A stretch of DNA of 64,000 nucleotides from Brevundimonas sp. (GCF_016742135.1 NZ_JACVCG010000005.1:122924-186923), one strand, 5' to 3'. Positions 27,766 through 37,187 are shown, counted from the first letter of the stretch. The notes: generated by a model not told the origin, from the sequence alone. Translations and numbers: made by a program.

Positions 27766-28875
27766 ATGACCGACGCCAAGGCCCCCGCCGCTTCGCCCCC
27801 CGCCCCCAAGCCCGGCATTCTGGACATCGCCCCCTATGTCGGCGGCAAGTCGAAGATCGACGGCGTGGCCGAGCCGATGAAGCTGTCGTCGAACGAGAAC
27901 ATGCTGGGGGCCGGCGAGAAGGCGCGCGAGGCCTATGCCAGGGCGGTCAGCGGCATCCACATCTATCCCGATGGGCGGGCAGTCAAACTGCGCACTGCGG
28001 TGGCCGACAAAATGGGCCTCGAACCCGAGCGGCTGGTCTTCGGCAACGGTTCGGACGAGGTGTTCGCCCTCCTGAACCAGACCTATCTGACGCCCGGCGA
28101 CAATATCGTCTCGGGCCAATACGGCTTTCTGGCCTATCGCATTTCGGCGAAAGCCAACCAGGCCGAGGTCAAGCTGGCACCCGAGCCGGACTATAAACTG
28201 ACGCCCGAGGCCATTCTGGGCCAGGTCGATGACCGCACCCGCATCGTCTATGTCTCCAGCCCGTCGAACCCGACCGGCAGCTACAATACCGCCGAGGAAA
28301 TCCGCCGGCTGCACGCCGCCCTGTCGCCCGACATCCTTCTGGTGATCGACGAGGCCTATGCCGAATATGTCACCGAGCCGGACTGGCAGACCAGCTTCGA
28401 CCTGGCCCGCGACAGCGACAACATCGTCGTCACCCGCACCTTCTCCAAGATCCACGGCCTCGGCGGCCTGCGCATCGGCTATGGCTATGCGCCGCTGAAG
28501 GTGGCCGAGGCGGTCGACCGCATCCGCCTGCCCTTCAATGTCTCGGTCGCCGGGATCGAGGCGGCGGTCGCGGCGCTCGGCGATGAGGCCCACCAGCAGG
28601 CCTCGCGCGAGCTGATCCAGACCTGGCGTCCGCGCCTGACCCAGGCCATCCGCGGTTTCGGCTTTCAGGTCCTGCCCAGCGCCGGCAACTTCGTGCTGGT
28701 GCGGTTCAAGGATGCCGATCAGTGCCAGGCCGCCAATGCCTATCTGAACACCAAGGGCATTATCGTGCGACCGGTCGGCGGCTATGGCCTGCCCGAGGCG
28801 CTGCGCATCACCATCGGCACCGACGACCAGAACCGCGCCGTCATGGATGCCCTGAGCGAGTTCGCGGCGAGCTAG
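27766..28875 (+). CDS. hisC: histidinol-phosphate aminotransferase
   Basis: LSSNENMLG, YPDG and the PLP-lysine motif FSKIHGLGGLRIGY. Confidence 0.9.
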   Translation: MTDAKAPAASPPAPKPGILDIAPYVGGKSKIDGVAEPMKLSSNENMLGAGEKAREAYARAVSGIHIYPDGRAVKLRTAVADKMGLEPERLVFGNGSDEVFALLNQTYLTPGDNIVSGQYGFLAYRISAKANQAEVKLAPEPDYKLTPEAILGQVDDRTRIVYVSSPSNPTGSYNTAEEIRRLHAALSPDILLVIDEAYAEYVTEPDWQTSFDLARDSDNIVVTRTFSKIHGLGGLRIGYGYAPLKVAEAVDRIRLPFNVSVAGIEAAVAALGDEAHQQASRELIQTWRPRLTQAIRGFGFQVLPSAGNFVLVRFKDADQCQAANAYLNTKGIIVRPVGGYGLPEALRITIGTDDQNRAVMDALSEFAAS

Positions 28876-29198
28876 GGCTTATGGTCCTCAAAATGGTTGT
28901 CATCGGCCCGGACATCCCGCCTCTCCCGGAAAGCCTTCGCGGCAATGTATTCGGGGGGCTCTTTCCCGCTGACAGGCTTTGGCCCGAAAACGGTCAATAG
29001 ACCAGTGCCAATGGCGATGAGGCCACTGATGAAGTGTTCGAAAACGCCAATTGGCAGGCGTATGTCCAGGATGACCCAAAAGAGAGTGTAGATCCCGAAG
29101 AGGATACCCACATAGGCGAACACCGTAATGCCCGTCGCCAGGGCATAGAGGCGCTTGCGTTTCCGGTGTTCACGGCGGACGGCCTCCAACCACCCCAT
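28872..29198 (-). CDS. small hypothetical membrane protein (low-GC)
   Basis: CCGGAGGAAC SD then ATG 29198, 1 nt after the upstream stop. Two predicted TM helices. Sample 28981-29080 is 53% GC. Confidence 0.5.
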   Translation of the reverse strand: MGWLEAVRREHRKRKRLYALATGITVFAYVGILFGIYTLFWVILDIRLPIGVFEHFISGLIAIGTGLLTVFGPKPVSGKEPPEYIAAKAFRERRDVRADDNHFEDHKP

Positions 29199-29199
29199 G

Positions 29200-30030
29200 C
29201 TAGTTCCTCCGGAACACCCGGCTGGCTCCCCAGCCGGTGAAGGCGGCGAGGATGACGCACAGGACGCCATAGGTCCACGGGCGGCCATGGGCGAATTCAT
29301 AGATCCCGCGCTCGATGCCGACCTTTTCGACGGTCAGTTCCAGCTCGGCGCTGGAGACCGGCTCGCCGTTCTGGAACAGCCAGACCTCGGCGTGATAGGT
29401 GCCGGTAGGCGCGCTTGTCGGCAGCACCACCTCGGCACGGAACAGGCCGTCGTCGACGAAGCGCACCCCCTGCGGGTCGGCGGCATAGAGGCCGTCCGCC
29501 TCGCGCAGGCGGATCACGGCCCGGCGCCAGTCCAGATAGTCCTCGCCCAGCCGGCTGACCACCACGTCGCGCACGCCATAGCGGGTGACGGTGCGGCGTT
29601 CCTCCGGTGCGGCGATGCGCAGGTGATCCAGCCCCACCCCCAGCCGCCGCAGCTGGCCGAAGTTGGCGATGTCGCTGAGCGGGCGGGTCGAGGCCGTCAT
29701 GTAAAAGCCGGGCGCGCCCTCGAACAGCACGGGTCGGCTGTTCAGCCAGACGCCCGCCGTCTGGGTCTTGCGCACCAGACGCAGGGGCGCGTCGGGGCCG
29801 CGCACCACCACCACCACATCCGCGGGCGTGTCGGTCGGATTGAAGACCGCACCGTAAAGGACGATCGACGCCCCGGTGAAGCCCGAGTCGACCTGGACCT
29901 CCGTATCGGTCAGGGCCGCCGAGATGCGCAGGATCCGTCCCGTGGCGACCGACGGGTCACGCGCCCGCTCCGGGGCAGGCGCCTGGGCCACGATGGCGGG
30001 CGGCGGCGGGGGCAGGTCCTGCATCATCAT
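29200..30030 (-). CDS. TIGR02186-like alphaproteobacterial membrane protein
   Basis: Start MMMQDLPPPPP overlaps the TauE stop (ATGA). C-terminal TM segment. Usual partner of TauE/SafE genes (from memory). Confidence 0.7.
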   Translation of the reverse strand: MMMQDLPPPPPAIVAQAPAPERARDPSVATGRILRISAALTDTEVQVDSGFTGASIVLYGAVFNPTDTPADVVVVVRGPDAPLRLVRKTQTAGVWLNSRPVLFEGAPGFYMTASTRPLSDIANFGQLRRLGVGLDHLRIAAPEERRTVTRYGVRDVVVSRLGEDYLDWRRAVIRLREADGLYAADPQGVRFVDDGLFRAEVVLPTSAPTGTYHAEVWLFQNGEPVSSAELELTVEKVGIERGIYEFAHGRPWTYGVLCVILAAFTGWGASRVFRRN

Positions 30031-30950
30031 TCCGGGACCCCCGGCGCGATGGCGAACAGGTCGCCGGGCCGCACGAACAGCTCCAGCCCCATATAGATGC
30101 CGACGCCCAGCACGATCAGGCCCAGCATGGCCCGCAGTTCCTCGCCCCGGAACCGGCCCGACAGGCGGGCGCCGTACTGGGCCCCGATCACCCCGCCGAA
30201 CAGCAGCAGCGACGACAGGACGATATCGACTGTCTGGTTGCGCCCGGCCTGCAGCACCGTGGTCATGGCCGTGGTGATGATGATCTGGAACAGGCTGGTC
30301 CCGACCACCACAGACGCCTTCATCCTCAGGACATAAAGCATGACCGGCAGCAGGATGAAGCCGCCGCCCACCCCCATGATGGCCGACAGGATGCCGACCC
30401 CGCCGCCCAGCGCCAGCGGCGGAATGGCCGAGATATAGAGGCCGGATTTCGGAAACCGCATCCGCCAGGGCAGGCCATACAGCCACATCGGACGGCGGCG
30501 CTCCTTGCGGGGGGCCGGCTGGCCGCGCCGGCGCCGCAGGATCTGCTCCAGACTCTCCTTGAGCATCAGGGTGCCGATGACGCCGAGGAACACCAGATAG
30601 GCGAGGGCCACCACCAGATCGGCCTGCCCCATCAGGCGCAACCAGCGGAACATCTCGACCCCGACCAGCGCCCCCAGGATCCCGCCCCCGGCCATGATGC
30701 CGCCCATGCGGAAGTCGACCGCCCCGCGCGAGGAATAGCTGATCACGCCCGAGGTCGAGGAGGCGACGACGTGACTGGCCTGGCTGGCCACCGCGACGGT
30801 CGGCGGGATGCCGAGGAACACCAGGATCGGCGCCATCAGGAAGCCGCCGCCGATGCCGAACAGGCCCGAGACAAAGCCGACCACCCCGCCCAGCAGAACC
30901 AGGACAGGCCAGTTCACCGAAACCTCGGCGATCGGCAGATAGATATCCAA
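30027..30950 (-). CDS. TSUP/TauE-SafE family anion exporter
   Basis: Internally duplicated 4-TM repeats with GIGGGFLMAP and VGGGFILLP motifs. Confidence 0.85.
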   Translation of the reverse strand: MDIYLPIAEVSVNWPVLVLLGGVVGFVSGLFGIGGGFLMAPILVFLGIPPTVAVASQASHVVASSTSGVISYSSRGAVDFRMGGIMAGGGILGALVGVEMFRWLRLMGQADLVVALAYLVFLGVIGTLMLKESLEQILRRRRGQPAPRKERRRPMWLYGLPWRMRFPKSGLYISAIPPLALGGGVGILSAIMGVGGGFILLPVMLYVLRMKASVVVGTSLFQIIITTAMTTVLQAGRNQTVDIVLSSLLLFGGVIGAQYGARLSGRFRGEELRAMLGLIVLGVGIYMGLELFVRPGDLFAIAPGVPE

Positions 30951-31051
30951 AGGGCGACCTTCGGCTGGAACAGGACCCGAAACCGGCGTGACCGTCAGGG
31001 CTTAGCCCCGCCGACCGGCCGTGGCCAGTGCACGAACGCGACAGGCGAGGA

Positions 31052-33754
31052 TCAGCTGGCGTCCGGCACGGTTCCGGGCAGGAATTGCTGGGCCAGGGCC
31101 TCGGCCCGGGCGCGCTCCGCCGGGCTCAGAAGGGCGCCGACGCGGGTGACGGACTGGGTCGCCGGCTCATCGCCCGAACGCGCCGCGACCCGGTACCAGG
31201 CATAGGCCTGGACGTTGTCGACCGGCATGCCGCCCTCGCCGCGCTCATGGATGACGGCGGCGTTGAATTGGGCATCGACCAGACCGGCCCGGGCCGCGCG
31301 CTCGATCCAGTTGAGGCCTGACGGCCGGTCCGGGGTGCCGTCGGCCCCCTCGAACAGGCGCATGCCATAGGCGAACATGCCGCGCGGATAGCCGCCCTCG
31401 GCCGAGCGCCGGGTCCAGCCGAGGCTCTCGGCCATGTCGACGGGGGCCCCGGCCTGGCCGGTTTCATACAGGCCCGCCAGCATCAGTTGCGCGGGGCCAT
31501 AGCCCAGCTCGGCCGATTGCGTCAGCAGATCCAGCCCGGCGGGCTCGTCCTCCTCGATCGCCGTCAGGGCGCGCTCATAAAGGTCGGTCGCCTGGGCCAC
31601 CGTTTCGGCTGACAGCGGGGCCGCGCTGGTCGCCAGCGCCACCAGCGGCGTTCCCAATGCGGGGTTGCCCGGGCCGGTCGATGTCCAGGGCATGGCCTGG
31701 CCGGTCAGTTCGGTAAAGGCATAGAGGCCGCCCATCAGGGTGACCGCCACCGCCGAGGCGCCCAGCGCCTTCTTCATCGTCGCACCGTCGCGGCTGGCCT
31801 GACGGTCCATGCGCTCCTGCAGGCGCGACTTGCCACCGCGCTTCAGGCCAAAGGCCGAGCGGGCCGGTTCCGGTTCCGGGGTCGCCATGGCCGCGCGCGC
31901 CGCTTCGACCGCGCCCCGCGTCGAGCTGGACGCGCGCCCGGCCGCCGCCGCCGCCCGCAGGGTGCGCGGATCGACGAAGTCGGTGTCGCCGGAAAACTCG
32001 TCCTCTTCCGGCGCCGTGGCGGCCAGGACATCCGAGACATCGGCCCCGCCGAAATCGTGCGGCGCACGGGCGACCGGGGCCGGATTGGCGGCGGCCGGAC
32101 TGCCGAACGGGGCGGATGCGGCGCGGGGTGCCGCAAAACTCGGCGTCTGGAGGAGTTCCGGCTCGCTGACAGCGTCGGCAACGGGGTCCGCCTCAGGTGT
32201 CGCCGCGCGCCCGGTCGGGAAGGGATCGGCGGGGCCGTCCAACGGGTCGCTGGACCAGATCGGATCATCGGCCATGGCCGCCACGCCAAAGGCTCCGGCG
32301 CGCCAGTCGGCGGCGGGCGCGACCGGCTCGGGCTCGGCCACCGGTTCGGGTTTTGGCGCATCGGGCTCGGCGCGGCGGGCCATGCTTTCGCGGGCCTCGG
32401 CCAGCAGGCGGGCGGTGCGCTCCTCGCTCTGGCGCATGCGCTCGGCCAGCTCGCCCGAGGCCCGGTCATAGCGCTGCTCGATGCGCGAGGAGCTGTCGGT
32501 CAGCTTCTGGCCGATCTCGTCCAGCGCCTGGCTGGACCGGCGTTCCGACTCTGCGATCCGCTCACTGAGCCGGTCCGAAATGCGGCCGATCTCCGTGCCC
32601 AGCTTTTCCAGCGCCAGCGCATGGCGATCCTCGCTGGCGACCAGCCGGCGCTCCATGCCCTGGGTCCTGATCTCCAGATCGCGCTCCAGCCGGTCCATGC
32701 GGGCCGGGCTGTCGATCTCCATCTTCTGGACCCGACCGTTCAGGTTCTGGGCGATGCGCAGCACCTCGCGGCCCATGGCCTCGACCGCCTGGGCCGAGCC
32801 GCGCTCGGCCTGGCGCAGCTGATCGCCGAGGGCGGCCACCGCGCGCTCTATCCGCTCCATGCGGTTTTCGGACTGGGCGGCGTCCAGCCGGTGCATCATT
32901 TCGGTGCGGCTGGCCTCGACCTGACGGGTCAGGGCCTCGGCCAGCTTCTCCAGTCGGCCGTCGAACCGTTCGGCGGGATCGACACCGCGCCCGCGGGTTT
33001 CGGCGCGCGCCTCGGCCAGACCCAGGCGGCGGTCCAGTTCGGAGAAGGCCCGCTCCAGCCCGCGCAGCGCCTCGCCCGTCTGGGCCTGGGCAGCGTCCAG
33101 CCGGCGGCCGACGTGCTCCAGAATCTCGACACCGCGATTGGCCTCGGCCGTCTTTTCAACGGCATCCAGCCGCTGGCGCAGCTCATGGGTGCCGATCCGC
33201 TGGCGTTCCTCGATGTCATAGAGGCGGCTGGACAGGGCCCCGATGGCGGTCTCGGTCTTGGCAAAGCCCTCAGCGGTGCTCGGCCCGGTCTCCTGTTCGA
33301 AGCGGCGCAGGCGGCGGTGACCCTCGCGCAATTCCTCGGCGATGTCGTCGATCCGGCGGACCAGGCCGTTGTCACGCCCGTCCTGGGCATCCAGACGCCG
33401 CACCAGACCGGCGACCGCCTGATCGACGCCCTGGATCGCGACCGTGGAGCGGCGCTCGGCCGCCTCCAGCCGCTCGGCCATCATCTCGACGGTGGCCGAC
33501 AGCCGCTGGACCGGATCGTCCCCGCCCAGACCATAGGCATCGTCCAGACGACGGCTGCGATTGCGGCGCTCATAAGTATCGGCGGCGTGGCTCCGGCGCG
33601 GCAGGGGGACAATGCCGTCCTCGTCGTCGCCTTCCATGATCATGGAGTTCAGCCACTCGCCCAGGGTCATCCCTGAACGGCGGGCAAGGTCCTTGGCGAC
33701 TTCGCGAGCCTTGGGGTCTATCCCCTTAACGCTCCACGGCGCGGCTGCGCTCAC
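31052..33754 (-). CDS. podJ: polar localization factor PodJ homolog
   Basis: N-terminus APWSVKGIDPKAREVAKDLARRSGMTLGEWLN, long coiled-coil region, one TM segment (ALGASAVAVTLMGGLYAF) and C-terminal Sel1/TPR-like repeats. GTG start preceded by GGGAGG. Confidence 0.75.
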   Translation of the reverse strand: MSAAAPWSVKGIDPKAREVAKDLARRSGMTLGEWLNSMIMEGDDEDGIVPLPRRSHAADTYERRNRSRRLDDAYGLGGDDPVQRLSATVEMMAERLEAAERRSTVAIQGVDQAVAGLVRRLDAQDGRDNGLVRRIDDIAEELREGHRRLRRFEQETGPSTAEGFAKTETAIGALSSRLYDIEERQRIGTHELRQRLDAVEKTAEANRGVEILEHVGRRLDAAQAQTGEALRGLERAFSELDRRLGLAEARAETRGRGVDPAERFDGRLEKLAEALTRQVEASRTEMMHRLDAAQSENRMERIERAVAALGDQLRQAERGSAQAVEAMGREVLRIAQNLNGRVQKMEIDSPARMDRLERDLEIRTQGMERRLVASEDRHALALEKLGTEIGRISDRLSERIAESERRSSQALDEIGQKLTDSSSRIEQRYDRASGELAERMRQSEERTARLLAEARESMARRAEPDAPKPEPVAEPEPVAPAADWRAGAFGVAAMADDPIWSSDPLDGPADPFPTGRAATPEADPVADAVSEPELLQTPSFAAPRAASAPFGSPAAANPAPVARAPHDFGGADVSDVLAATAPEEDEFSGDTDFVDPRTLRAAAAAGRASSSTRGAVEAARAAMATPEPEPARSAFGLKRGGKSRLQERMDRQASRDGATMKKALGASAVAVTLMGGLYAFTELTGQAMPWTSTGPGNPALGTPLVALATSAAPLSAETVAQATDLYERALTAIEEDEPAGLDLLTQSAELGYGPAQLMLAGLYETGQAGAPVDMAESLGWTRRSAEGGYPRGMFAYGMRLFEGADGTPDRPSGLNWIERAARAGLVDAQFNAAVIHERGEGGMPVDNVQAYAWYRVAARSGDEPATQSVTRVGALLSPAERARAEALAQQFLPGTVPDAS

Positions 33755-33806
33755 TGATTCGCCTCCCGACCTTTAGGCATTGACGCTACTGATCCAGATC
33801 AGGGGT

Positions 33807-33823
33807 GTAAACGTGTGGTTAAC
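33807..33823 (-). promoter_or_regulatory. CtrA-like box, reads TTAA-CCACACG-TTTAC in the podJ direction
   Basis: Plus strand is GTAAACGTGTGGTTAAC. One mismatch to TTAA-N7-TTAAC. About 55-70 nt upstream of the podJ start. Confidence 0.45.
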
Positions 33824-33852
33824 CCCAAGATATAGAGACGCCGCTATCTTCC

Positions 33853-33861
33853 TGTGGACAT
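33853..33861. promoter_or_regulatory. DnaA-box-like TGTGGACAT
   Basis: 7/9 match to TGTGGATAA. The same CTGTGGACAYCCGA context recurs upstream of gcrA. Confidence 0.35.
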
Positions 33862-33952
33862 CCGATGCCACGGGCCCTCCCGCGCGTGAATTTGTGAACA
33901 GACAGGGTTAACGCCTCGTAAAGATTAACTCTCTGGTAAAGACCGGGCCCCG

Positions 33953-34150
33953 ATGTCGCTGATCCCGTCCCTTCTCTGGCTGATCGCCGTGGTGGCCTTT
34001 GGCCTGTTCGCCGGATGGCGGGGCGCCCGCCCGCCCGACCTGATCCGTGGCCCCCGTCTGGTGCCATGGCGCTTTCTGATGGTGGTATCGGCGGCCATCG
34101 CGCTCGCCCTCATCGTCCATCTGGTCTGGCTGGTGACCGGCCGAAGCTGA
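33953..34150 (+). CDS. small hypothetical two-TM membrane protein
   Basis: Two hydrophobic helices. No homology recognised. Confidence 0.35.
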   Translation: MSLIPSLLWLIAVVAFGLFAGWRGARPPDLIRGPRLVPWRFLMVVSAAIALALIVHLVWLVTGRS

Positions 34151-34209
34151 ACGGAACCGCAGGCCTTCCTCTCCTGTTCTCTTCCCATCCCCGGAACAGG
34201 AGTAACCGC

Positions 34210-34719
34210 ATGTCCGATACCCGCCTCAGCCCCGCCGATGCCGAAATCGAATTCTGGCGTCACCTGAAAAAGTCCAACACCGGCATGCTGGGACTGGACC
34301 GCCCGGGCTATCACAGCCAGCCGATGACCGCGTTCCACGATGACCAGACCGACACCATCTGGTTCTTCTCCCGCGACGACACCGATCTGGTCCGCGACAC
34401 CGGGACGGGGGCCACGGCCATGTTCACCTATGCGGCGAAGGACCAGCATGTGTTCGCCTGTATCCACGGCACGCTGACACGCCGCCATGACCGCGAGAAG
34501 ATCGACCGCTGGTGGAACCCGGTCGTCGCCGCATGGTATCCGGAGGGCAAGGACGATCCCCATCTGACGCTGCTGCAGTTCGCGCCGGGCGACGGCCGTA
34601 TCTGGGTGGCCGACAAGGGCACCTTCGGCTTTGCCTATGAGATCCTGAAGGCCAACATCACAAAGACCACCCCCGACAGCGGTGGCGTCGCCGACGTCGA
34701 TCTGGGAGGCACCCGCTGA
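34210..34719 (+). CDS. pyridoxamine 5'-phosphate oxidase-like general stress protein 26 family
   Basis: FWRHLKKSNTGMLGL...IWFFSRDDTDLV...VFACIHGTL...WWNPVVAAWYPEGKDDPHLTLL. Confidence 0.7.
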   Translation: MSDTRLSPADAEIEFWRHLKKSNTGMLGLDRPGYHSQPMTAFHDDQTDTIWFFSRDDTDLVRDTGTGATAMFTYAAKDQHVFACIHGTLTRRHDREKIDRWWNPVVAAWYPEGKDDPHLTLLQFAPGDGRIWVADKGTFGFAYEILKANITKTTPDSGGVADVDLGGTR

Positions 34720-34922
34720 TGGACGAAATCCGCGCCCATCTGAAGGCGTTCCGCACGACCGACTGGCTGCTGCTGATCGCCGCCGCCCTGATCGGGTCGG
34801 CGATCTTCGATGGACTGATCGGCCTGATCGTCGGCGCCATCCTCGGCTATCTGGGCATCCTCGCCTGGCACAAGGGCACCTTCGGAAAGCGCCGCGGGCC
34901 GCCGGACGAACCCCGCGTCTGA
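34719..34922 (+). CDS. small hypothetical membrane protein
   Basis: TGATG overlap with the upstream gene. Gly-zipper-like TM segment (GLIGLIVGAILGYLGILA). Confidence 0.4.
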   Translation: MDEIRAHLKAFRTTDWLLLIAAALIGSAIFDGLIGLIVGAILGYLGILAWHKGTFGKRRGPPDEPRV

Positions 34923-34925
34923 GGC

Positions 34926-35339
34926 TCAGTCGGCCGCGACGAAGGCGGCGATTGACATGACGTCGTCGTTTGTCAGCTCGCGCCAGTTGCACAGGATATT
35001 CAGCTGCCGCGCCACGACGGGATTGTCTGTCGCAGCCTCGACCTTTTCGTTAAGCCTTGTCCGCCGTGGATCATGATGCGGACTATAGTCAATGCGCCAG
35101 AGCCTGTGCCGTGTCCCCGCCACGCAATCCCACGATGACAGCCAAAGAACGTAGCGACGGGGACGAGAGGCGGGCTGGGGCGGCACGGCGACATAGCTTG
35201 TCGAGAACTGCTCGATGGGTTCATTTGGCAAGGCCATAATACTGACCGCGACACGATCACGGCCTTCGTAGCCCGCATCAACCCAACCCGATCTGGGGGG
35301 AGAGACGAAGGCAATGACTGCAAGAATGCCGATCCACAT
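34926..35339 (-). CDS. hypothetical membrane-anchored protein (candidate immunity partner)
   Basis: ATG 35339 lies 2 nt after the upstream stop. N-terminal TM segment MWIGILAVIAFV. Low GC (sample 35001-35100 is 59%). Confidence 0.45.
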   Translation of the reverse strand: MWIGILAVIAFVSPPRSGWVDAGYEGRDRVAVSIMALPNEPIEQFSTSYVAVPPQPASRPRRYVLWLSSWDCVAGTRHRLWRIDYSPHHDPRRTRLNEKVEAATDNPVVARQLNILCNWRELTNDDVMSIAAFVAAD

Positions 35340-35341
35340 GC

Positions 35342-36078
35342 CTAGGCATCCCCTCCACTTCCGGGGCACGGTTGCGCCTGCGGGTTAACCTTGGTTGGCT
35401 CCAGCGTTCCGGCACCTGCCGCTTCCTCGTCGCTGATCTCAGCCCGAGAGACGCCATACTCGGGCAAACCAGTCACAGGGTTGGGCAAGAGACTCACGAT
35501 GTAAATGCCGAAATTCGAGGGCGCTCCATTATGTTCATTATGCCACCGGGCATGTGCAAAATCGAAGTTAGAAGGGATCGACGAACCCGGAGACAGATGG
35601 CTATGGACACTGCCCACCACCATCCCGGCTCCGCAGCCCCCGGGTGGAATATCCATCGTTGGCCGCCCGCCCCCATACACCAGTGGCTGGCCGTTCTCAT
35701 CCATAACCGGCGGGCCGGAAACTATTGGCCCCAAGACGACATACCACCTCCTGTATCACACAAGAGAGCGCCGAATTCGCGGTTGGCTAAATCGTTCTCA
35801 CCGAACAATCGAAGCGCTTCATCCAGAAACTGCCTTACCGCTTCCGCCGCGCGGGCATCCGCATTCCACTGCCGACGGCTTTCCTCGGTCGCGCACTGCT
35901 GCTCCTCATCCGAAAGCTCCAGGCCGCCGCCGGTTTCATCGTCCCCCAATCCCAGTTGCTGGTTGCCTCCGCCGCCGCGCGACGGCCATTGCAGGCCCGC
36001 GAAGGGCGACGCCCCGCGGGCGCGCTGGCCGGTGACAACGATGTCGTCCACAGTTGTTCCCGGACCGGTGTCGGTCAT
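35342..36078 (-). pseudogene. JAB/JAMM-like (DUF4329-like) protein split by a frameshift near 35722-35745
   Basis: ORF 35722-36078 ends ...REFGALLCDTGGGMSSWGQ*. ORF 35342-35734 in another frame continues GPIVSGPPVMDENGQPLVYGGG...VGSVHSHLSPGSSIPSNFD (H-x-H-x8-S-x2-D). The upstream TGA in the second frame leaves only about 25 nt for the shift. Confidence 0.45.
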
Positions 36079-36172
36079 GCGCGCTTCCATGAATGAGAAG
36101 AGACCCTGCCCTCCCGGGAACGCAACCTGAAATCACAACGCCTGCGTAGCAGGTAACAATGACGCGAGGACC

Positions 36173-37093
36173 TCAGCCCGCCAGGCACCAGGCCAGCACG
36201 GCCTTCTGCGCGTGGATGCGGTTTTCGGCCTCGTCCCAGACCAGCGAGCGGGGGCCGTCGATCACGGCGTCGGTGACCTCCTCGCCCCGGTGGGCGGGCA
36301 GGCAGTGCAGGAAGACGGCATCCGGCGCGGCTTCGTTCATCAGGGCATCATCGACCGTATAGCCTTCGAAGGCTTCCAGCCGGTCCTCATAGTCCTTGTC
36401 GCCCATCGACACCCAGGTGTCGGTGACCACCACATCGGCGCCGCGCACGGCTTCCTGCGGGTCAGAGGTCAGGGTCACGGATGGCCCGCCAATGGTCAGG
36501 TCGCGCAGGTCGGGATGGTATTCCGGCGGGCAGGCCACATTCAGGTGAAAGCCCAGCTTCTGCGCGGCATGCATGAAGCTGTGGCAGACGTTGTTGCCGT
36601 CCCCGACCCAGGCCACGGTCTTGCCGGCGATCGGGCCGCGATGCTCCTCGATGGTCATCAGGTCGGCCAGGATCTGGCAGGGGTGGCTGCGGTCGGTCAG
36701 GCCATTGATCACCGGCACGGTCGAAAAACGGGCAAAGCGTTCGACGTCCTCATGGTCATTGGCGCGGATCATCACCGCATCGACCATGCGCGACAGCACC
36801 CGCGCCGTATCCTCGACCGGCTCGCCCCGGCCCAGCTGCATGTCCGACGCCGTGGCGATGATCGACGATCCGCCCAGCTGGCGGATGGCGGCATCGAAGC
36901 TGAACCGGGTGCGGGTCGAATTCTTCTCGAAGATCATCGCCAGCACATGGTCGCGCGCCGGCGCATCGGCATCGACCCAGCCCTTCGGCCTGCCCTTGCG
37001 CGCCGCCTTGCGGGCATGGGCATCATCCAGAATGGCCCGCAGGTCTTCGGCCGGCAGCCGGGAAATGTCGAGAAAATGTCGGGTCATGGGCAT
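36173..37093 (-). CDS. argF: ornithine carbamoyltransferase
   Basis: [14 protein letters not shown] and [11 protein letters not shown] motifs. Confidence 0.95.
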   Translation of the reverse strand: MPMTRHFLDISRLPAEDLRAILDDAHARKAARKGRPKGWVDADAPARDHVLAMIFEKNSTRTRFSFDAAIRQLGGSSIIATASDMQLGRGEPVEDTARVLSRMVDAVMIRANDHEDVERFARFSTVPVINGLTDRSHPCQILADLMTIEEHRGPIAGKTVAWVGDGNNVCHSFMHAAQKLGFHLNVACPPEYHPDLRDLTIGGPSVTLTSDPQEAVRGADVVVTDTWVSMGDKDYEDRLEAFEGYTVDDALMNEAAPDAVFLHCLPAHRGEEVTDAVIDGPRSLVWDEAENRIHAQKAVLAWCLAG

Positions 37094-37126
37094 TCAGGGG
37101 CGGGAGGAAAGGGGGGCGGCGTAGAA

Positions 37127-37175
37127 GGGGTTCATCACAGAGAGCACGGAGGAGACACGGAGGGCACGGAGGGGG
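37127..37175 (+). repeat. R1-family repeat (GGGGTTCATCACAGAGAGCACGGAGGAGACACGGAGGGCACGGAGGGGG), left arm
   Basis: Shares the GGGTTCWTCACAGAGA head with 20570 and 21381. Inverted relative to 37577-37625. Confidence 0.7.
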
Positions 37176-37187
37176 TATCGCTCGACT

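Noticed and set aside
29200-30486. N-terminal 152-codon extension of the TIGR02186-like ORF, and similar extensions of engB (to 1285), the wHTH regulator (to 62254), cupin (to 44308) and others.
   Set aside because: The extensions overlap the upstream genes in another frame and are Arg/Gly/Pro-rich. Internal starts give ATGA/GTGA coupling and sensible N-termini.
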